A DNA stretch of 64,000 nt, taken from positions 15,158,974 through 15,222,973 of the forward strand of contig NC_057719.1 in assembly GCF_004010195.1 (NCBI RefSeq), given 5' to 3'. A program made the position numbers and the translations under genes. The notes beneath the pieces were generated by a model. The model saw only the letters and a program-made list of their open reading frames with translations, was not told where the DNA came from and did no database searches. Source of the DNA: Chiloscyllium plagiosum. Taxonomy: Eukaryota. Position 1 is the stretch's first letter. Every line of letters begins with the position of its first letter. Below are positions 1 to 13,429 of the stretch, one piece after another.

Positions 1-1099
1 CATTGATAAATGCAGGCATTCCACTGGCCTGCTTAGTAATGTGAACATAATCAAAAATTTATATAGTCAAAAACGACATCGAGATCAGGCTTTCCTACAG
101 AAATATCATTTATCCCAAATTGACACGCTATCATAATTTCTAAGTTATTTATCTTTCTTCTGTTCTCTCAAATTCCATGACAGTTTGCAGCGTACACTCA
201 CTCAATCAATAGAGCAGGTACCCATGCTGATGTGCATTAGTGGTTTGGCCTACTTTCCTTTATTTAACATATTTTGGTGCCAAAGTAGATGTTCACTAAG
301 GTTAGGGCTCCCCCTATTGTCTGCTGTTTGAACTCTGACTGAGATGTTTACGGTGTATAAATGACTTTGCTCCAAGTGCGTCATGTTTGCTATCACACAA
401 GGACCATTCCCCAATGTTGTACAAGGAGTGAATAACCTCCCAGCAGTTTAAATATAAAATTATGCATAAAGGTTGCTGTTAAGTAATTCAGTCCCCAGAA
501 ATGTGCTAACAATTAAGCTGAAAAGCTGGGATGGTTATAATCCTGGTTATGCTAGATCCTTTATCATGTGGGATCCTATACCATGTTTTCTCACTTTCTA
601 TTCCATATATGACATGAAAATTGGAAACTATTTTCATGAATAGTTGACAATGTGTTATGGCATACAGATTTGGACTATGTTCCACTCAAACCTGAATGGT
701 GGGGCCTATGATTGTGCAGTGTGACATTAATGAGGATTTTTAATTTCAAAACCACCATTAACACTGACAAGCAGAAGTATTTTAAATTGTAAGTACTCTT
801 TGATAGAACCAACATGCTAACTTGTTTAACCTCTTAGCTTTACCATGATTCATTTAAAATCCCAGTTTCACTCTCCTCATTTCTGATATTGGTACGTTGA
901 CTCGCAGGAGCAACAAGCCTAGAAATCTCTAATTTTTACATCTTTTCAATGAATACAGGAACATATCCATTCTTCAATATCACAGAGATAATGTTTTTGT
1001 ATAATTTTGAATCAAATTATATAATGTATTTCAAATCTATTTGAAAAGTTTGCAAAATATGGATCTCTTCCACACTTGTGGTTCTATTTCAGACTTTTT

Positions 1100-1872
1100 T
1101 ATTTGCTCTTGAGATGTGGGCACTGTTGGTTGGCAAGCATTTATTGTCCATCCTTAGTTAGCCTTGAGAAAGTGGTGCTTCCTCTTGAATCACTGCAATC
1201 AATGTGCTGCAGGTTGTTGTTCAAGAGAACGTTCCAGGGCTTTGACCCAGCGATACTGAAGGAACAGCTATAGATTTCTAAGTCAGCATGGTAAGTGGTT
1301 TGGCAGGGAAATTGGGTGGCAATCCCAATATCTTTTGCCCTTGTACTTCTAGTTGGATTTGGTCGTGGGTTTGGAAGGTGCTGTCTAGGGGGCTTTGGTG
1401 AATTTCTGCAGTGCATCTAGTAGATGGTACACACTGCTGTTATTGAGCATTAGTGGTGCTGCACTCATCCAGGCAAGTGGGGAGTATTCCATCATACCCC
1501 TGACTTGTGCCTTGTAGATGGTGGAGAGGCTTTGGGGTGTCAGGAGGTGAGTTACTTGCGGCAGGAATCCTTGCTTCTGATCTGAGGTCACATGCTACTT
1601 GTCTGTCCAAACCTGGATATTGTCCAGGCTTTGCTTTGTTTTATTCACTCATAGGATGCAGGTGGCACTGTCTGGGTCAGAATTATAGCCCATTGCTTTT
1701 TGCCCCTGAGAAGGTGATGGTGATCTGCTTCCTTGAATAATAGCAGTCCATTTGTTGCATTTGGTCATGGACTGCTTCAATATGTGAAGTGTTGGGAAGG
1801 GTGCTGAACATTGTGCAAACAACAGAAGACATCTCCACTTCTGACTTTATGTTGGATGGAACGTCATCATGA
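1100..1872 (-). mobile_element. Decayed CR1-Zenon-like LINE fragments (RT C-terminal region and 3' tail)
   Basis: Minus-strand translations TIYKAQVRGMMEYSPLAWMSAAP and DVPSNIKSEVEMSSVVCTMFST (decayed FADD region). The 3' tail GGATGGACAATAAATGC is shared with SINE family Z. Confidence 0.75.
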
Positions 1873-2153
1873 TATATCTCTATTGTCATATAACGACAGC
1901 AGATACTGAGGATGTTGAAAAATATCATTCAAAGAACATTGGATCAAAAATGGATCAACTACTTGCTTGGTTGCAGGTAAACACCAACACAGAAATGAAC
2001 CTGTTTTCCTTTTGTCATCTGTTTTCAGGTGGGCATAAAAGATTCTGTAGCGTTGTTCATGAGAAACAAAAAGGGCTTACCAGGCCAAAATTAATTCCCC
2101 AACCAACATCACTACAGATTAACTAGTCATTTCCTTAATTTTAGTTGTGGGTC

Positions 2154-2471
2154 TTAGATTAGATTAGATTACATTACAGTGTGGAAACAGGCCCTTCGGC
2201 CCAACAAGTCCACACTGACCCGCCGAAGCGCAACCCACCCATACCCCTACATTTACTCCTTACCTAACACTACGGGCAATTTAACATGGCCAATTCACCT
2301 GACCTGCACATCTTTGGATTGTGGGAGGAAACCGGAGCACCCGGAGGAAACCCACGCAGACATGGGGAGAACGTGCAAACTCCACACAGTCAGTCGCCTG
2401 AGGCCGGAATTGAACCCGGGTCTCAGGCGCTGTGAGGCAGCAATGCTAACCACTGTGCCACCGTGCCGCCC
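2154..2471 (-). mobile_element. HE1-type V-SINE, full length
   Basis: tRNA-like head GGGCGGCACGGTGGCACAGTGGTTAGC, B-box GGTTCAATTCC, V-domain GTGGGTTTCCTCCGGGTGCTCCGGTTTCCTCCCACA, CR1-like tail ending in (TAATC)n. Confidence 0.92.
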
Positions 2472-2860
2472 TATAGCGTCATACAGCATGGAAACAGACC
2501 CTTCAGTCCAAATTGTCCATGCATACCAAAGAACAAAGAACAAAAAACAATACAGCACAGGGACACAGCCCTCCAAGCCTGTGCTAACACATTTTGCCCT
2601 TCCATATTAAAACTGTCTTCACTTACAGGATCTGCATCCCTCTAATTCCTCCTATTCACGCATTTGTCCAGGTGCTTCTTGAATGGTTCTATTGTGTCTG
2701 CTTCCACCAGTTTCTCTGGACTCGATGGGCTGAATGACCTGCTTCCACACTGTAGGTGTTCTATGATTTATGATAAGTTTAACAATATTTTTCCGATAGC
2801 AGGGAGACCAGACCTCAATGCAGATTTCTATAAGTGACCTAACCAATGTCTTCTATACAA
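2472..2860 (-). mobile_element. Short CR1 3' fragments
   Basis: CR1 3'UTR motifs (CATACAGCATGGAAACAGACCC on +) and translation VWSPCYRKNIVKL. Confidence 0.65.
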
Positions 2861-3911
2861 CTTTGATTGTCATGCTGAAGTATAAAAATAAAATTCTGAA
2901 GAATGAAGTTCTTACTTTCTCACAAACATTCCGATTTATGTCGAAGCCTGATCCAGCCAAGCACTCTTTTGGCAGACTAGTTACCTGCTTTTCAGGAGCC
3001 AATTGTAACTGCACTAGATTTGATATGTTTTATTACGAATGAACAATGTGCAGGAAATTGTACAACGGAAATCACTTGCTAATAACACAAATCCCTGATA
3101 AGCTAATCAAATTGTGCAGCAGTCAGGTTTTTCATTTGGCAGATATCGGTTGTACTCCTATTGAATGAAAGCAGGAGACATCTGTAGAGGTGAAAATAAT
3201 CAAGTTAAACATAATTACTTCACCCATTTCCCAGGTATGGTGTCCTGTTTAGTAAGTCTTCAAGCTCTTTTTCAGGCTTTGCCAGGAACCAAGTATTTTC
3301 CTGTGTGTCATTGTTAAAATTCCAGGAAGGGTGTGATTCATATCTTTTGTCAACAACAAATTTATTTTAAAAAAGCATGATTCATACTGCAATCTATTGG
3401 TCATAAGTTTATAATGCAGATCAGTCTGAGGCAAAAGAATGCATTCTCCTTTGAAGTTATTAACATTATATCCATCAAAAAGCTAGATACCTTTGAATCA
3501 ACCGAGCATGAATTCTCCTGTGATGATTCCAGTATGTCAGAGGCATTTTGTCTATCTTCTACTGTGATCCAGTACAAGTATCCACATTGGTGTTATGATG
3601 TTAAAAGAAAATGTAATAATTTATCTGAAAGCAGTTACTTCAAAATTACTGCTGGAAAGTAAAAACAATTTGCATTTGTATAGCAATTTTAACTAGCAAA
3701 GAATGCCAAAGGAGCCAATGGGGTAATGGTAAGAGGAACAGAACACAAGCCAAGGAAGTGTGCTTGGGAGGGATGACTTTGCAATATTATTGCTGCAATG
3801 TTCTTGCAAAGAGTTATCCAGTGTTAACAATAACATTATCCAAATACAGTACCAAACATATCTGTTACATGTATGGTGTATACTACACTTATGAATCCCT
3901 CTGTACATCAT

Positions 3912-4562
3912 TTCATACAGTCATATAGATGTACAGCACAGAAACAGACCATTTGGTCCAACTCGTCCATGCCGACGCAACCCAACATCCCAACCCAATC
4001 TAGTCCCACCTGCAGCACCCGGCCCATACCCCTCCAAACCCTTCCTATTCATATACCCATCCAAATGCCCTAAATGTTGAAATTTACTATCCTCCACCAT
4101 TTCCTCTGGCAGCTCTTTCCATTCCTCTGAGTGAAAAGGTTGCCTCTTAGGTCTCTTTCATATCTTTCCCCTCTCACCCTAAACCTATGCCCTCTAGTTC
4201 TGGACTCCCCCACCCCAGGGAAAAGACTTTGTCTATTTATCCTATTCATGTCCGTCATGATTTTATAAACCTCTATGAGGTCACCCCTCAGCCTCCGATG
4301 ATCCAGGGAAAACAGCCCCAGTCTGTTCAGTCTCTCCCCATAGCTCAAATCCTCCAACCCTGACAACATCCTTGTAAATCTTTTCTGAACCCTTTCAAGT
4401 TTCACAACATCTTTTCAGTAGGAAGGAAACTAGAATTGCACGCGTTATTCCAAAAATGGCCTAACCAATGTCCTGTACACCGCAACATGACCTCCCAACA
4501 CCGGTACTTGATATTCTGACCAATAAAGGAAAGCATACCAAATGCCTTCTTCACTATCCTAT
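3912..4562 (-). mobile_element. CR1 (HER1-type) LINE, 5'-truncated
   Basis: KLERVQKRFTRMLSGLEDLSYGERLNRLGLFSL...RGDLIEVYKIM...RTRGH plus 3'UTR. Confidence 0.92.
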
Positions 4563-6024
4563 TTGCAACATTTCAACTTGTAAGTTGGTGTGTGATTCTA
4601 CAGGTGGAAAATAAAGAACTTTTTTTTGTAAATTGAGACTTTTCCCATAACATTTTTCTCCTATTGGGGGCTAAATGAAAGAAAAATTAATATATGAATG
4701 GTTTATTCTTCTAATTTGTACTAATATATATTCTGTATATCCTCCTCAAGACAATGCCACCACCCTACCTCTTATGGTCACTTCAAGTGATTTGTCAAAC
4801 AGGGAAAGAAACAGTAAATGGAGACTGATTAAAATTTAGATTGAGGAAAAGGCAGGAAATTGTTGGGATTGAGATGCAAAATAAATGATTGATGGTTTCA
4901 CTAAAGAGATGTTGAAGTGCTGGAAACTGCGATATTGTTGAAATAGCCATCAGCAACAGAGGAATCACAGATGCCAATATCTAGACGCTAGTTAGAAAGG
5001 GAACACTCATTAAAAACCAGATGAGGGACAGCTCTGAATGAGGTTCAAACCAGAGGTTGAACCACTCCTCTCTAATACTGATCAATTCGCTGTGCATTTG
5101 TAGAATCATAGGTTAATACACCAAAAGGAGCCTATTCAATCCATTGCCCAGTGTCAGCTCTTTGAAAGAGATATTTAATTAGCACAATACCCTGTTCTTT
5201 CTCCCAGTTATGCAAACACCCCCCTAAACCTCCACCTTCTATAGACGCAATTTTGTTTCCTAAATTACTATTGAATTTATTTCCTGCACCATTTCCAGGG
5301 AGTGCATTCCAGAAGATGACAACTTTTTGCATTAAAAAATCTCCACATCCACCACCTCCCCCCACCTACCCTGGTCCTCTCGTCAATTATCAGCCTCTTC
5401 CAGTTACCACCACTTCTGGCACTCCCTGGAATTTTGTCTTCACTGGTAACCAATTGTTAGATGTTAAATTAAACGTTGATTCTTTAAAGTCAAATGAATT
5501 GAACATCAATAGCCCCGAAGCTGTAATACATAGGAACAAGACAGTCTCATGGGTGAAATTGAATCACAACAATGGGTTTGGCATAACTTTGCCAAATCAT
5601 GGGTAAGCTAAAAGACTGACAGGGTTTGAAATTTGATCTTCTCCTGCAGTTGTCCACCTCATCATTATCTGGCAAGACATTCTAAACATTTTTCCTTCTT
5701 TACTAATTGAGAGAATACCTTTCTGCCAAAGGACAGTGAATAAATATGATACAATTGGAACTTTTTTTGAGAATTGCAAGACTGTTTAATCAAGAATCAT
5801 TTCAGTGCCAATTTCTTCCGCTGTGATTTGACTGAGATTTTGATTGAGGCTGCCAGAGCCTATTGCTCTCAGGACCCTTATCAAATGATTATAGTGTGAG
5901 GATCTCTATCTCTACACCTCCGTGGTGGAGTACATTTTTGACATAAACTACCATGTTTTGACCTATTGTGTAACTTTCTGAAAAAAACAAAACTTTTTAC
6001 ACATAAAATACAGCAACCCAAGGA

Positions 6025-6397
6025 AGCTGAGGGATTACCTTATAAAGATTTATAAAATCATGTGGAACATTGATAGGATCAATAACCGAGACCTTTTTCT
6101 GAGGGTACGGGAGTCCAAAACTAGAGGGCATAGGTTTAAGGTGAGAGGGGAAAGGTTTAAAAAGGACCTGAGGGTAACGTTTTCACTCAGAGCATGGCAT
6201 ACATTTGGAACGGGCTGCCAGAGGAAGCGGGTAACAAATACATTTAAAAGGCATCTGAATGGGTGTATGAATAGAAAGGGTTCAGTAGGTTATCGGCCAA
6301 ATGCTGGCAAATGGGACTGAATCGGGATATCTGGTTGGCAGAGACGAGTTGGACCAAAGAGTCTGTTTCCGTGCTGGATGACTCTGTGACTCTATGA
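6025..6397 (+). mobile_element. CR1 LINE 3' end
   Basis: ESKTRGHRFKVRGERFKKDLR; ends in GACTCTGT/GACTCTAT repeats. Confidence 0.88.
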
Positions 6398-7276
6398 TTT
6401 GGATAATGGCATAGAGATCCATATATTCAAATTTGCTGATGACACAATGTGAGGTGCCATTGCAGATGGTGTAGATGATAGCATAAAATTACAAAGGGAT
6501 ATTGATAAACTAAATGATTGGGCAAAACTGTGGCAGATGGAGTTCAATGTAAGCAAATATGAGGTTATCCATTTTGGACCAAGAAAAGATAGATCAGGAG
6601 ACCTTCTAGATGGTATGAAGTTAAATACAGAGGATATCCAAAGAGACTTGCTTCTAGGAGCATAGATCTTTAAAATGTCACAAAAGGAGCAGACAGTAAT
6701 CAAGAAAGCTTGTAGGATGCTGGCCTATATATCTAGAGGACAAAACCCTGGTTAATCCTCACTTGCAGAACTGTGAGTGGATCTGGGCACCATATGTAGG
6801 AAGGACATATTTGCCTTGAGGAATTACAATGTAAGTTCACAAGAATGATACCTGGATTTCAGAGGCTAAGTTATGAGGAGAGGTTATACAAATTAGGCCT
6901 ATTTTCTCTAGAATTTAGAAGGTCAAGGGGTGATCTGATTGAAGTGTTCAAGACATATGAAGGGAGCAAATATGTAGGGAGACCCCAGATAGTCGTAAGA
7001 ATAATAGGATTGTAATAGTAGAAGTTTTTAACTTTCCAACCTGGGAATGCCATGGTGTTAAGGGCTCAGATGGGAAGGAACTTGTTAAATGTATTTAGTA
7101 AAATTTTCTCAATCAATATGTAGGTGGCCCTACTAGAGAAAGGGCAAAATCCGATCCAATCCTGAGAAATAAGGCAGGGCAAGTTTAGGAAACCTGGTTG
7201 ACGTGAACCAGTTGGGCCAAAGGGCCTGCCTCCATGTTATATGACTCCATGACTCTACATTTATAGGAAAAAACAG

Positions 7277-7550
7277 ATTAGATTAGATTACATTACATTA
7301 CAGTGTGGAAACAGGCCCTTCGGCCCAACAAGTCCACACCGCCCCGCCGAAGTGCAACCCACCCATATCCCTACATTAACCCCTTACCTAACACTACGGG
7401 CAATTTAGCATGGCCAATTCACCTGACCTGCACATCTTTGGACTGTGGGAGGAAACCGGAGCACCCGGAGGAAACCCACGCAGACTCGGGGAGAATGTGC
7501 AAAATCCACACAGTCAGTCGCCTGAGGCGGGAATTAAACCTGGGTCTCTA
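7277..7550 (-). mobile_element. HE1-type V-SINE, 5'-truncated
   Basis: Near-identical to 2154-2471 but lacks the A-box. Confidence 0.9.
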
Positions 7551-7747
7551 GCACTATTTACACTAGTTGGCCATTCTCGAACTAGGAGGCATAATCTGAG
7601 AATTGGGACCAGACCATTCAGGAGAGATGTTCGGAACCACTTCTACACACATAGGGTGGGAGAAGTTTGGAACTTTCTTCCACAAATGGCAGTCGATGCC
7701 GGATCAGTTGTTTATTTTAAATCTGAGATAGATACATTTTTGTTAAA

Positions 7748-7858
7748 TGTGCGTTTTTGTGCATTCCTGAAGAAGGGCTTATGCCCGAAACGTCGATTCT
7801 CCTGCTCCTTGGATGCTGCTTGACCTGCTGCGCTTTTCCAGCAACCCCTTTTTTCAGC
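7748..7858 (+). mobile_element. 111-bp Penelope-type 3'-terminal mini-element with hammerhead motif and 14-bp TSD
   Basis: Flanked by ACATTTTTGTTAAA at 7734-7747 and 7859-7872; body matches the PLE 3' end at 16381-16470. Confidence 0.85.
7763..7798 (+). ncRNA. Minimal type I hammerhead ribozyme motif (family A)
   Basis: CUGAAGA-A-GGGC UUAU GCCC-GAAA-CGUC; predicted cleavage after C7794. Confidence 0.75.
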
Positions 7859-8049
7859 ACATTTTTGTTAAACAAAGCTATTAAAGGATATGAGCCAAAG
7901 ACAGGTATATGTTCGGCCACAGATGAACCATGATCTCATTGAAAGGTGGAACAGGCTCGAGGGGGGCTGAATGACCTATTCCTGTCCCTGTGTTCTCTGG
8001 AATATCTGCACTAAGCACAGTAATAAGTGTACCTTAAATGTGAAATAAG

Positions 8050-8325
8050 TTTACGGCCAGAGGGCATAATCTCAGAATAAGTGGTCACTTATTTAAAACA
8101 GTGATAAGGAGGAATTTCTTCTCTCAGAGGCAATGAATCTGTGGAATTCTTTACGACAAAGGGATGTTGAGGTTGGGTCATACACAGTTTTTTAATTGTT
8201 AAGCGAATCGAGGGTTATGGAGAAAAGGCAGGAAAGTGGAGTTGAGGATCTGCCATGGTCTCATTGAAAGGCAGAACAAACTTTAAGATTGAATGGCCTA
8301 TGTCTGCTCCTACCTCTTATGGTCG
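8050..8325 (+). mobile_element. CR1 3' fragment
   Basis: RGHNLRI..., RRNFFSQR, 3'UTR GAATGGCCTA...CTGCTCCTA. Confidence 0.75.
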
Positions 8326-8924
8326 TGTCATTTTGTGTTTGTCTACAGTTTTACTTTCAAGCGCTAACCTTGTTTCCTTTGGTATTGTTGTTCAGCTGCT
8401 GAGGTTCACCGCCCTACACTTCTCTGTCCTCATCATTCCCTCCATGTGGAGCATGCCCTGTTCCTGGAGTTTGGATTTATGAGACAATTCCATGAACTGT
8501 GCACCTTCCTATTTCCAGTGCTACATCTATGATCAAGCAAATGAGCTCTGCTTGGTATTGTCCAGCACCATAATTCCAATCCATTGACAAAGCAGCTATG
8601 ATCAGAAACTGACTGTGAGAGAAATGGTGCTAATGTATCCATATCCTGCCATGCTATGGTAGGGTATTATAGTGGTCCAACTCTCTGAACAACAGAACTA
8701 AAATTTCTAAATTTGGTTTTCAGCATTATATTCCAGCTCCATAGTAACAGGAAGAGATTGGCCTAAATTAGAGATTATTATAAATTTGATTCTCACTGTG
8801 TGTAATTGTGTTAATTTTCTTTTGCTCCCTTCAATCTAGTGAACTTACTAGCTAACCCAAAACTCACCTGATGTTTTGTTACCTGAGGCAGCTATCAGTT
8901 TTACCCTCTCCTCCCTGTCCCCTC

Positions 8925-8993
8925 AGTTTGATTCCTGTCATCCTAATACTCAATAGAGTTTGATTCCTGTCATCCTAATACTCAATAGAGTTT
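8925..8993. repeat. Perfect 32-bp tandem duplication
   Basis: AGTTTGATTCCTGTCATCCTAATACTCAATAG x2 followed by AGTTT. Confidence 0.95.
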
Positions 8994-9084
8994 TCCCCAA
9001 TCATTAGGCATCTGCTCTAGCATCCTCAAACACAACTGGAAAACAGATAGTACTGTCACAACCAATCCCTGGGCGAGGGCAAGT

Positions 9085-9839
9085 TGTTATAGTCCTGGCG
9101 AGGAGAGAAGAATTGGCTCCCCTTCTTTATTCGATCTCACTCCTTCACCTTTGTTGATGCAGCAAGGTCAACTTAAAACAGGGATCCCTCCCCTTATGGA
9201 TATCTATCCCAGTTCCAATGTACTTATGTTTTAACAGGAACCAGTTTAGCCAGGCCTTCTTGGATTAAGAAAAGAGTGAGTTAATTATTTAGTGAGATGA
9301 GAGCATAAGTAATGAATTGCAACATACACAGCAATAAGAAACAAGGAAAGGTACACAGATAGTAAAAAGATTTTCAAATCAATCTTTGGTCTGTCCGGCC
9401 AGAGGAGATGGTGAATCGTTTAAGCCGTTAAGTTGGGCGGTTTCAGCAACGCTGATCTTGGCAATCAAACCATTGGTCTGGAGATTCTTGGGTCTGCAAG
9501 TTAGCCAAAGGGAGTTGTCCTGTTTACGTTCCATAGTGACTTTGCTGATTAGTGACTTGCTTCCAGCAGGGGGGTAGAGGGAGAAAGAGAGAGAAAGAAA
9601 CAGACAGAAAGAGAGAGAGCCTTTTTCTTTTACCTGAAAACACAGGTGCACCTTTCAGCTTCACAGCACACACAGAAACTCCATAGCCCCCGAACACCAA
9701 ACTAGCACACACATTTCTAGGTTTGTTTTTTTTTAACCACTTCTCTTGTGTATTCCTAGAAGGGGAGAACATAAACTTGTCTTTATTCCAAATTGTTTCC
9801 TTTTTATCTCTCTGCATGTTCACAACCTGGGACATAACA
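9085..9839. mobile_element. Probable solo LTR
   Basis: Starts TGTTATAGTCCTGG and ends CCTGGGACATAACA (imperfect terminal inverted repeat, TG...CA); 755 bp; no clear TSD. Confidence 0.5.
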
Positions 9840-11647
9840 ACGGAATGGTTTCCAGTGAGATGGTAGTCAGCCTTTATTAGCAGGAGATTACAGTTTAGCT
9901 TCTGCATTGCCACTCTTCCTTGACGCCATCCAGGTGTGACATTCCATTGTTCCTCCAGGTACTGAACATAATCCACACAGGAGTTTCCATTTTCAGGTGT
10001 ACAGCCCTATCCCTTATCCCACCCAGCTTCTGGAAAATGATTTGTGGGCATGATGGAGCTGGGGAAGAGGCAGGCAAGCCAGCCCTACAAAACCCAATCA
10101 TCTCTGGCTGGAGCTAAACATTAATCTCGTTGTGCTAATTAAGGAAAACCTTCTTTGGCAAATGCAGGCTATTATGATGACATGGCACTGATCAAACTTA
10201 GACCAGACGGGAGTAGGTTTCATTCATCAGGCTTTGTTAAGTTATGAAGAACAAAGCATTTCAGCCAGAAACCAGACGGGTATGTGAACATTTGAAACTA
10301 TACCTTACTAAGAAATTGCATCAAGGAAGAGCAGAGAATGATACAGGGCCACTGAATTGTATGTTATTCATATTAAAAATACATCTTTCTTCCATATGTT
10401 AATTTGGTTCTGGTGTATATTTTGTAGCACCTCCCCTCAAACAGGTTAAAAGCAAATAAACTTATGATATAATGTGTAACAATAGAACCTCGTTTATTGA
10501 ACACAGTAAAACACATGTCTTTATTTAAGCTGTTAGTATTTGCTGGCAAATGGTTTATGCAGTTAACAGCATTACAATGTAACAATACAGGAATTTGGAC
10601 AAATGTCTCAGTTCAAGATTATAATTTCGAACTTCTGGGGAATTCTCTTTTAAAACTTGTACTAACTGTCTAGGAATGCTTCAGGGATAAATACGTTAAT
10701 TGGTCCATTAGATTTGCTTCCAAGGTGGTGAACCTTATCTGACCCTTGTCCCACAGGAAACACTGCATTAATAAAATTGATCTGAGCCTCATGTGGGCAG
10801 AAATAATATAAATAAGCACATCGTTATAAAATTTTAACAAGTGTTAGTCATAAAATTGTATCTCCTTTGTATGTGACGTAAGGACATAAGAAGGTATTGA
10901 CAGGATAAACCATTCACTGCATGCACAAAGCCCATTCAAACCATTTCCATTCTGCCAGTCTCCAAAGGTGCTGTTTACAAGTAATGGAATAAGCTGCTAT
11001 TTTGGGCAGCAAAGCAGATATCAAATAAAACTTTCAAAAAGAATTGCTGCATTTATATTTTTTTGCAAGTTCATTCCAAGTCTGCATTCACTACCCAATT
11101 ATGTGATAATTGCTAAGTGTAAAGCAGTTGAAATGTCATGGGGCTGGAGACAACGTGAGCTTGTAATTGTTTGTCTAATTCAAGATTTCTCCATGTTACA
11201 TTGTGATCTGTTAAATTTGGATTGTGCTTCAGCCCAGTCTTTTTTTTTCTCCCCCAAATGAGTCAGATTGATCTCACTTTACAAGACAAATTGTTCTCCC
11301 TTTTCTTCACAGCTGAATAATTTAAAACCTAGTTCTTGGCCTTCCACAAATTGTCTCAATCACTCTATGGGCTGAATCTTAACGTTTATTTTTGGCTAAG
11401 TATTGAGTATTTTTTGGAAGGCTCATCACAGCAAGGTCTACTTGCTCACTGTATTTTAGTGAAAGTGCTCCAATAATTACTTACCCTACCACTATGGCAT
11501 CACACTCATCAGATTTCAGCCCCCACTTGCTGTGTACAAATTGCCACCATCTGGATTTCCTGAAATCAATGGACATTTCTTGCCATATTTAAAAGCCAGT
11601 TGTGCTCCTGGGTAAGTACAGGCAGTCCAGAGCTTGCCCTACAAGGC

Positions 11648-11978
11648 AGTGTGGAGCAGCACAGTGGCTCAGTGGTTAGCACTGTTCCTCACAGCACCAG
11701 GGACTCGGGTTCGATTCCAACCTCGGGCAACTGTCTGTGTGAAGTTTGCACATTCTCTCTGTTGGTGAGAGGGTTTCCTTTGGGTGCTCCAGTTTCCCCC
11801 CACAGTCCAAAGATGTGCAGATTAAATGAATTGGCTGTGTTAACTTGCTCATAGTGTTCAGGGATGTGTAGGTTAGTCAGTAGGGTAGGGGAATGGGTCT
11901 GGATAGACTACTCGTCTGAGGGTCGGTGTGAACTCGTTGGGCCGAAAGACCTGTTTTCACACTGTAGTGATTCTAAGA
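11648..11978 (+). mobile_element. HE1-type V-SINE, diverged
   Basis: CAGTGGCTCAGTGGTTAGCACTG, GGTTCGATTCC, V-domain, CR1-like tail. Confidence 0.88.
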
Positions 11979-12477
11979 TTCCTGAGATTTGCTCTGCATG
12001 GGGCATGGAGAAGGAGATTTGGAATCCCTCCTTACAGGTAGTCATCTGGAGGTGCTGCTGGGTGGAGTGAAGCAAATGCAGGACTTCCTGTTCCCCAGTC
12101 CCAGCAGTGGATGCCATGACAATGGATCATGCTAATCTGATCTGGAGTTACAATCCAGGTCAGTGAGGTTTCAGCCATCTGGAGAAATGCCCCATGCCTT
12201 GCGAAGAAGAACAAAGTCCTTAGAGTTCATAGAGTCATACAGCATAAACACAGGCTCTTCTGCCCACCATGTCTATGCTGACCAACAAACACCAAACTGC
12301 ACTAATCCCATGAACCACTCTTGGTCCTACTAAAGCCTACTATTCCCTGGCATTTTAACTAATCAGCCAGGTGTTTCTTAAATCTTGCAAAAGTACCTCT
12401 GTCCACCAACCTCTCAGGCAGCAGCTTCCACATATCTACCACCCTCTGGGTGCAAAAAGCTTTCCTCAGATCTCATT

Positions 12478-13172
12478 GGAGAAAGTGAGGACTGCAGATG
12501 CTGGAGATAATAGCTGAAAAATGTGTTGCTGGAAAAGCACAGCAGGTCAGGCAGCATCCAAGGAGCAGGAGAATTGACGTTTCGGGCATAAGCCCTTCTT
12601 CAGGAATGAGGAGGGTGTGCCAAGCAGGCTAAGATAAAAGGTAGGGAGGAGGGACTTGGGGGAGGGGCGTTGGGAATGCGAGAGGTGAAAGGAGGTTAAG
12701 GTGAGNNNNNNNNNNNNNNNNNNNNNNNNNNNNNNNNNNNNNNNNNNNNNNNNNNNNNNNNNNNNNNNNNNNNNNNNNNNNNNNNNNNNNNNNNNNNNNN
12801 NNNNNNNNNNNNNNNNNNNNNNNNNNNNNNNNNNNNNNNNNNNNNNNNNNNNNNNNNNNNNNNNNNNNNNNNNNNNNNNNNNNNNNNNNNNNNNNNNNNT
12901 GGAGGGAAGTGAGGGGGAGGTGTGGGCGCAAGTTTTGCATTTCTTGCGGTTGCAGGGGAAGGTGCTGGGAGTGGAGGTTGGGTTGGTGGGGGGTGTGGAC
13001 CTGACGAGGGAGTTCCGGAGGGAGTGGTCTTTCCGGAACGCTGATAGGGGAGGGGAGGGAAATATATCCTTGGTGGTGGAGTCTGTTTGGAGGTGGCAGA
13101 AATCACCAAGGATGATACGATGTATCTGGAGGTTGGTGGGATGGTAGGTGAGGACCAATGGGGTTCTGTCCT
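12478..13172 (-). mobile_element. Penelope-like element 3' part (contains the assembly gap)
   Basis: LVLTYHPTNLQIHRII...IFPSPPLSAFRKDHSLRNSLVRS...FPCNRKKCKTC; hammerhead motif at 12572-12607 (-). Confidence 0.88.
12706..12899. other. Assembly gap (194 N)
   Basis: Run of n. Confidence 1.
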
Positions 13173-13429
13173 GATCTCCTTGGGAGAGAGATTCTCACAA
13201 TCTATTCTGTCTGTGCCTCTCATAATTTTGAATATCTCAATTATATCCTCCCGCACCCCTCCCCTAACCCGCCCCAGCCTCCTCTGCTCCAAGAAAAACA
13301 AACCCAACCTTTGCAATCCCTCCTTTCATCCCAGGCAAAATTCTGGTGAATCTCCGCTGCACCCTGTTCAGCGTAGTCCTTCTCCACTCTGCCAGTATAA
13401 GTGTCACCATCTTCTATCTGATCCCTACT

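Larger units (their letters stand above)
6398..7995 (+). mobile_element. Old CR1 RT and 3' region, interrupted by a second CR1 fragment (~6965-7258), an HE1 SINE and a PLE mini-element
   Basis: KFADDT motif at ~6428-6446, WQMEFNV, RGDLIEVFK; resumes ~7552 with HSRTRRHNLRI...FYTHRV.EVWN. Confidence 0.8.
12222..13385 (-). mobile_element. CR1 3' fragment split by a PLE (CR1 parts ~12222-12472 and ~13180-13385)
   Basis: QRLGLFFLEQRRL...EDIIEIFKIMRGTDRID; 3'UTR at ~12222-12300. Confidence 0.75.

Noticed and set aside
2179..2610. Recurrent ORFs with CGRKPEHPEETHAD or WVSSGCSGFLPQSK
   Set aside because: Chance translations of the HE1 SINE V-domain.
8925..8993. 32-bp direct repeats resembling a CRISPR unit
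   Set aside because: Two adjacent copies with no spacer, in eukaryotic DNA.
12547..13316. ORFs of about 200 aa
   Set aside because: Artefacts of reading through the N gap.
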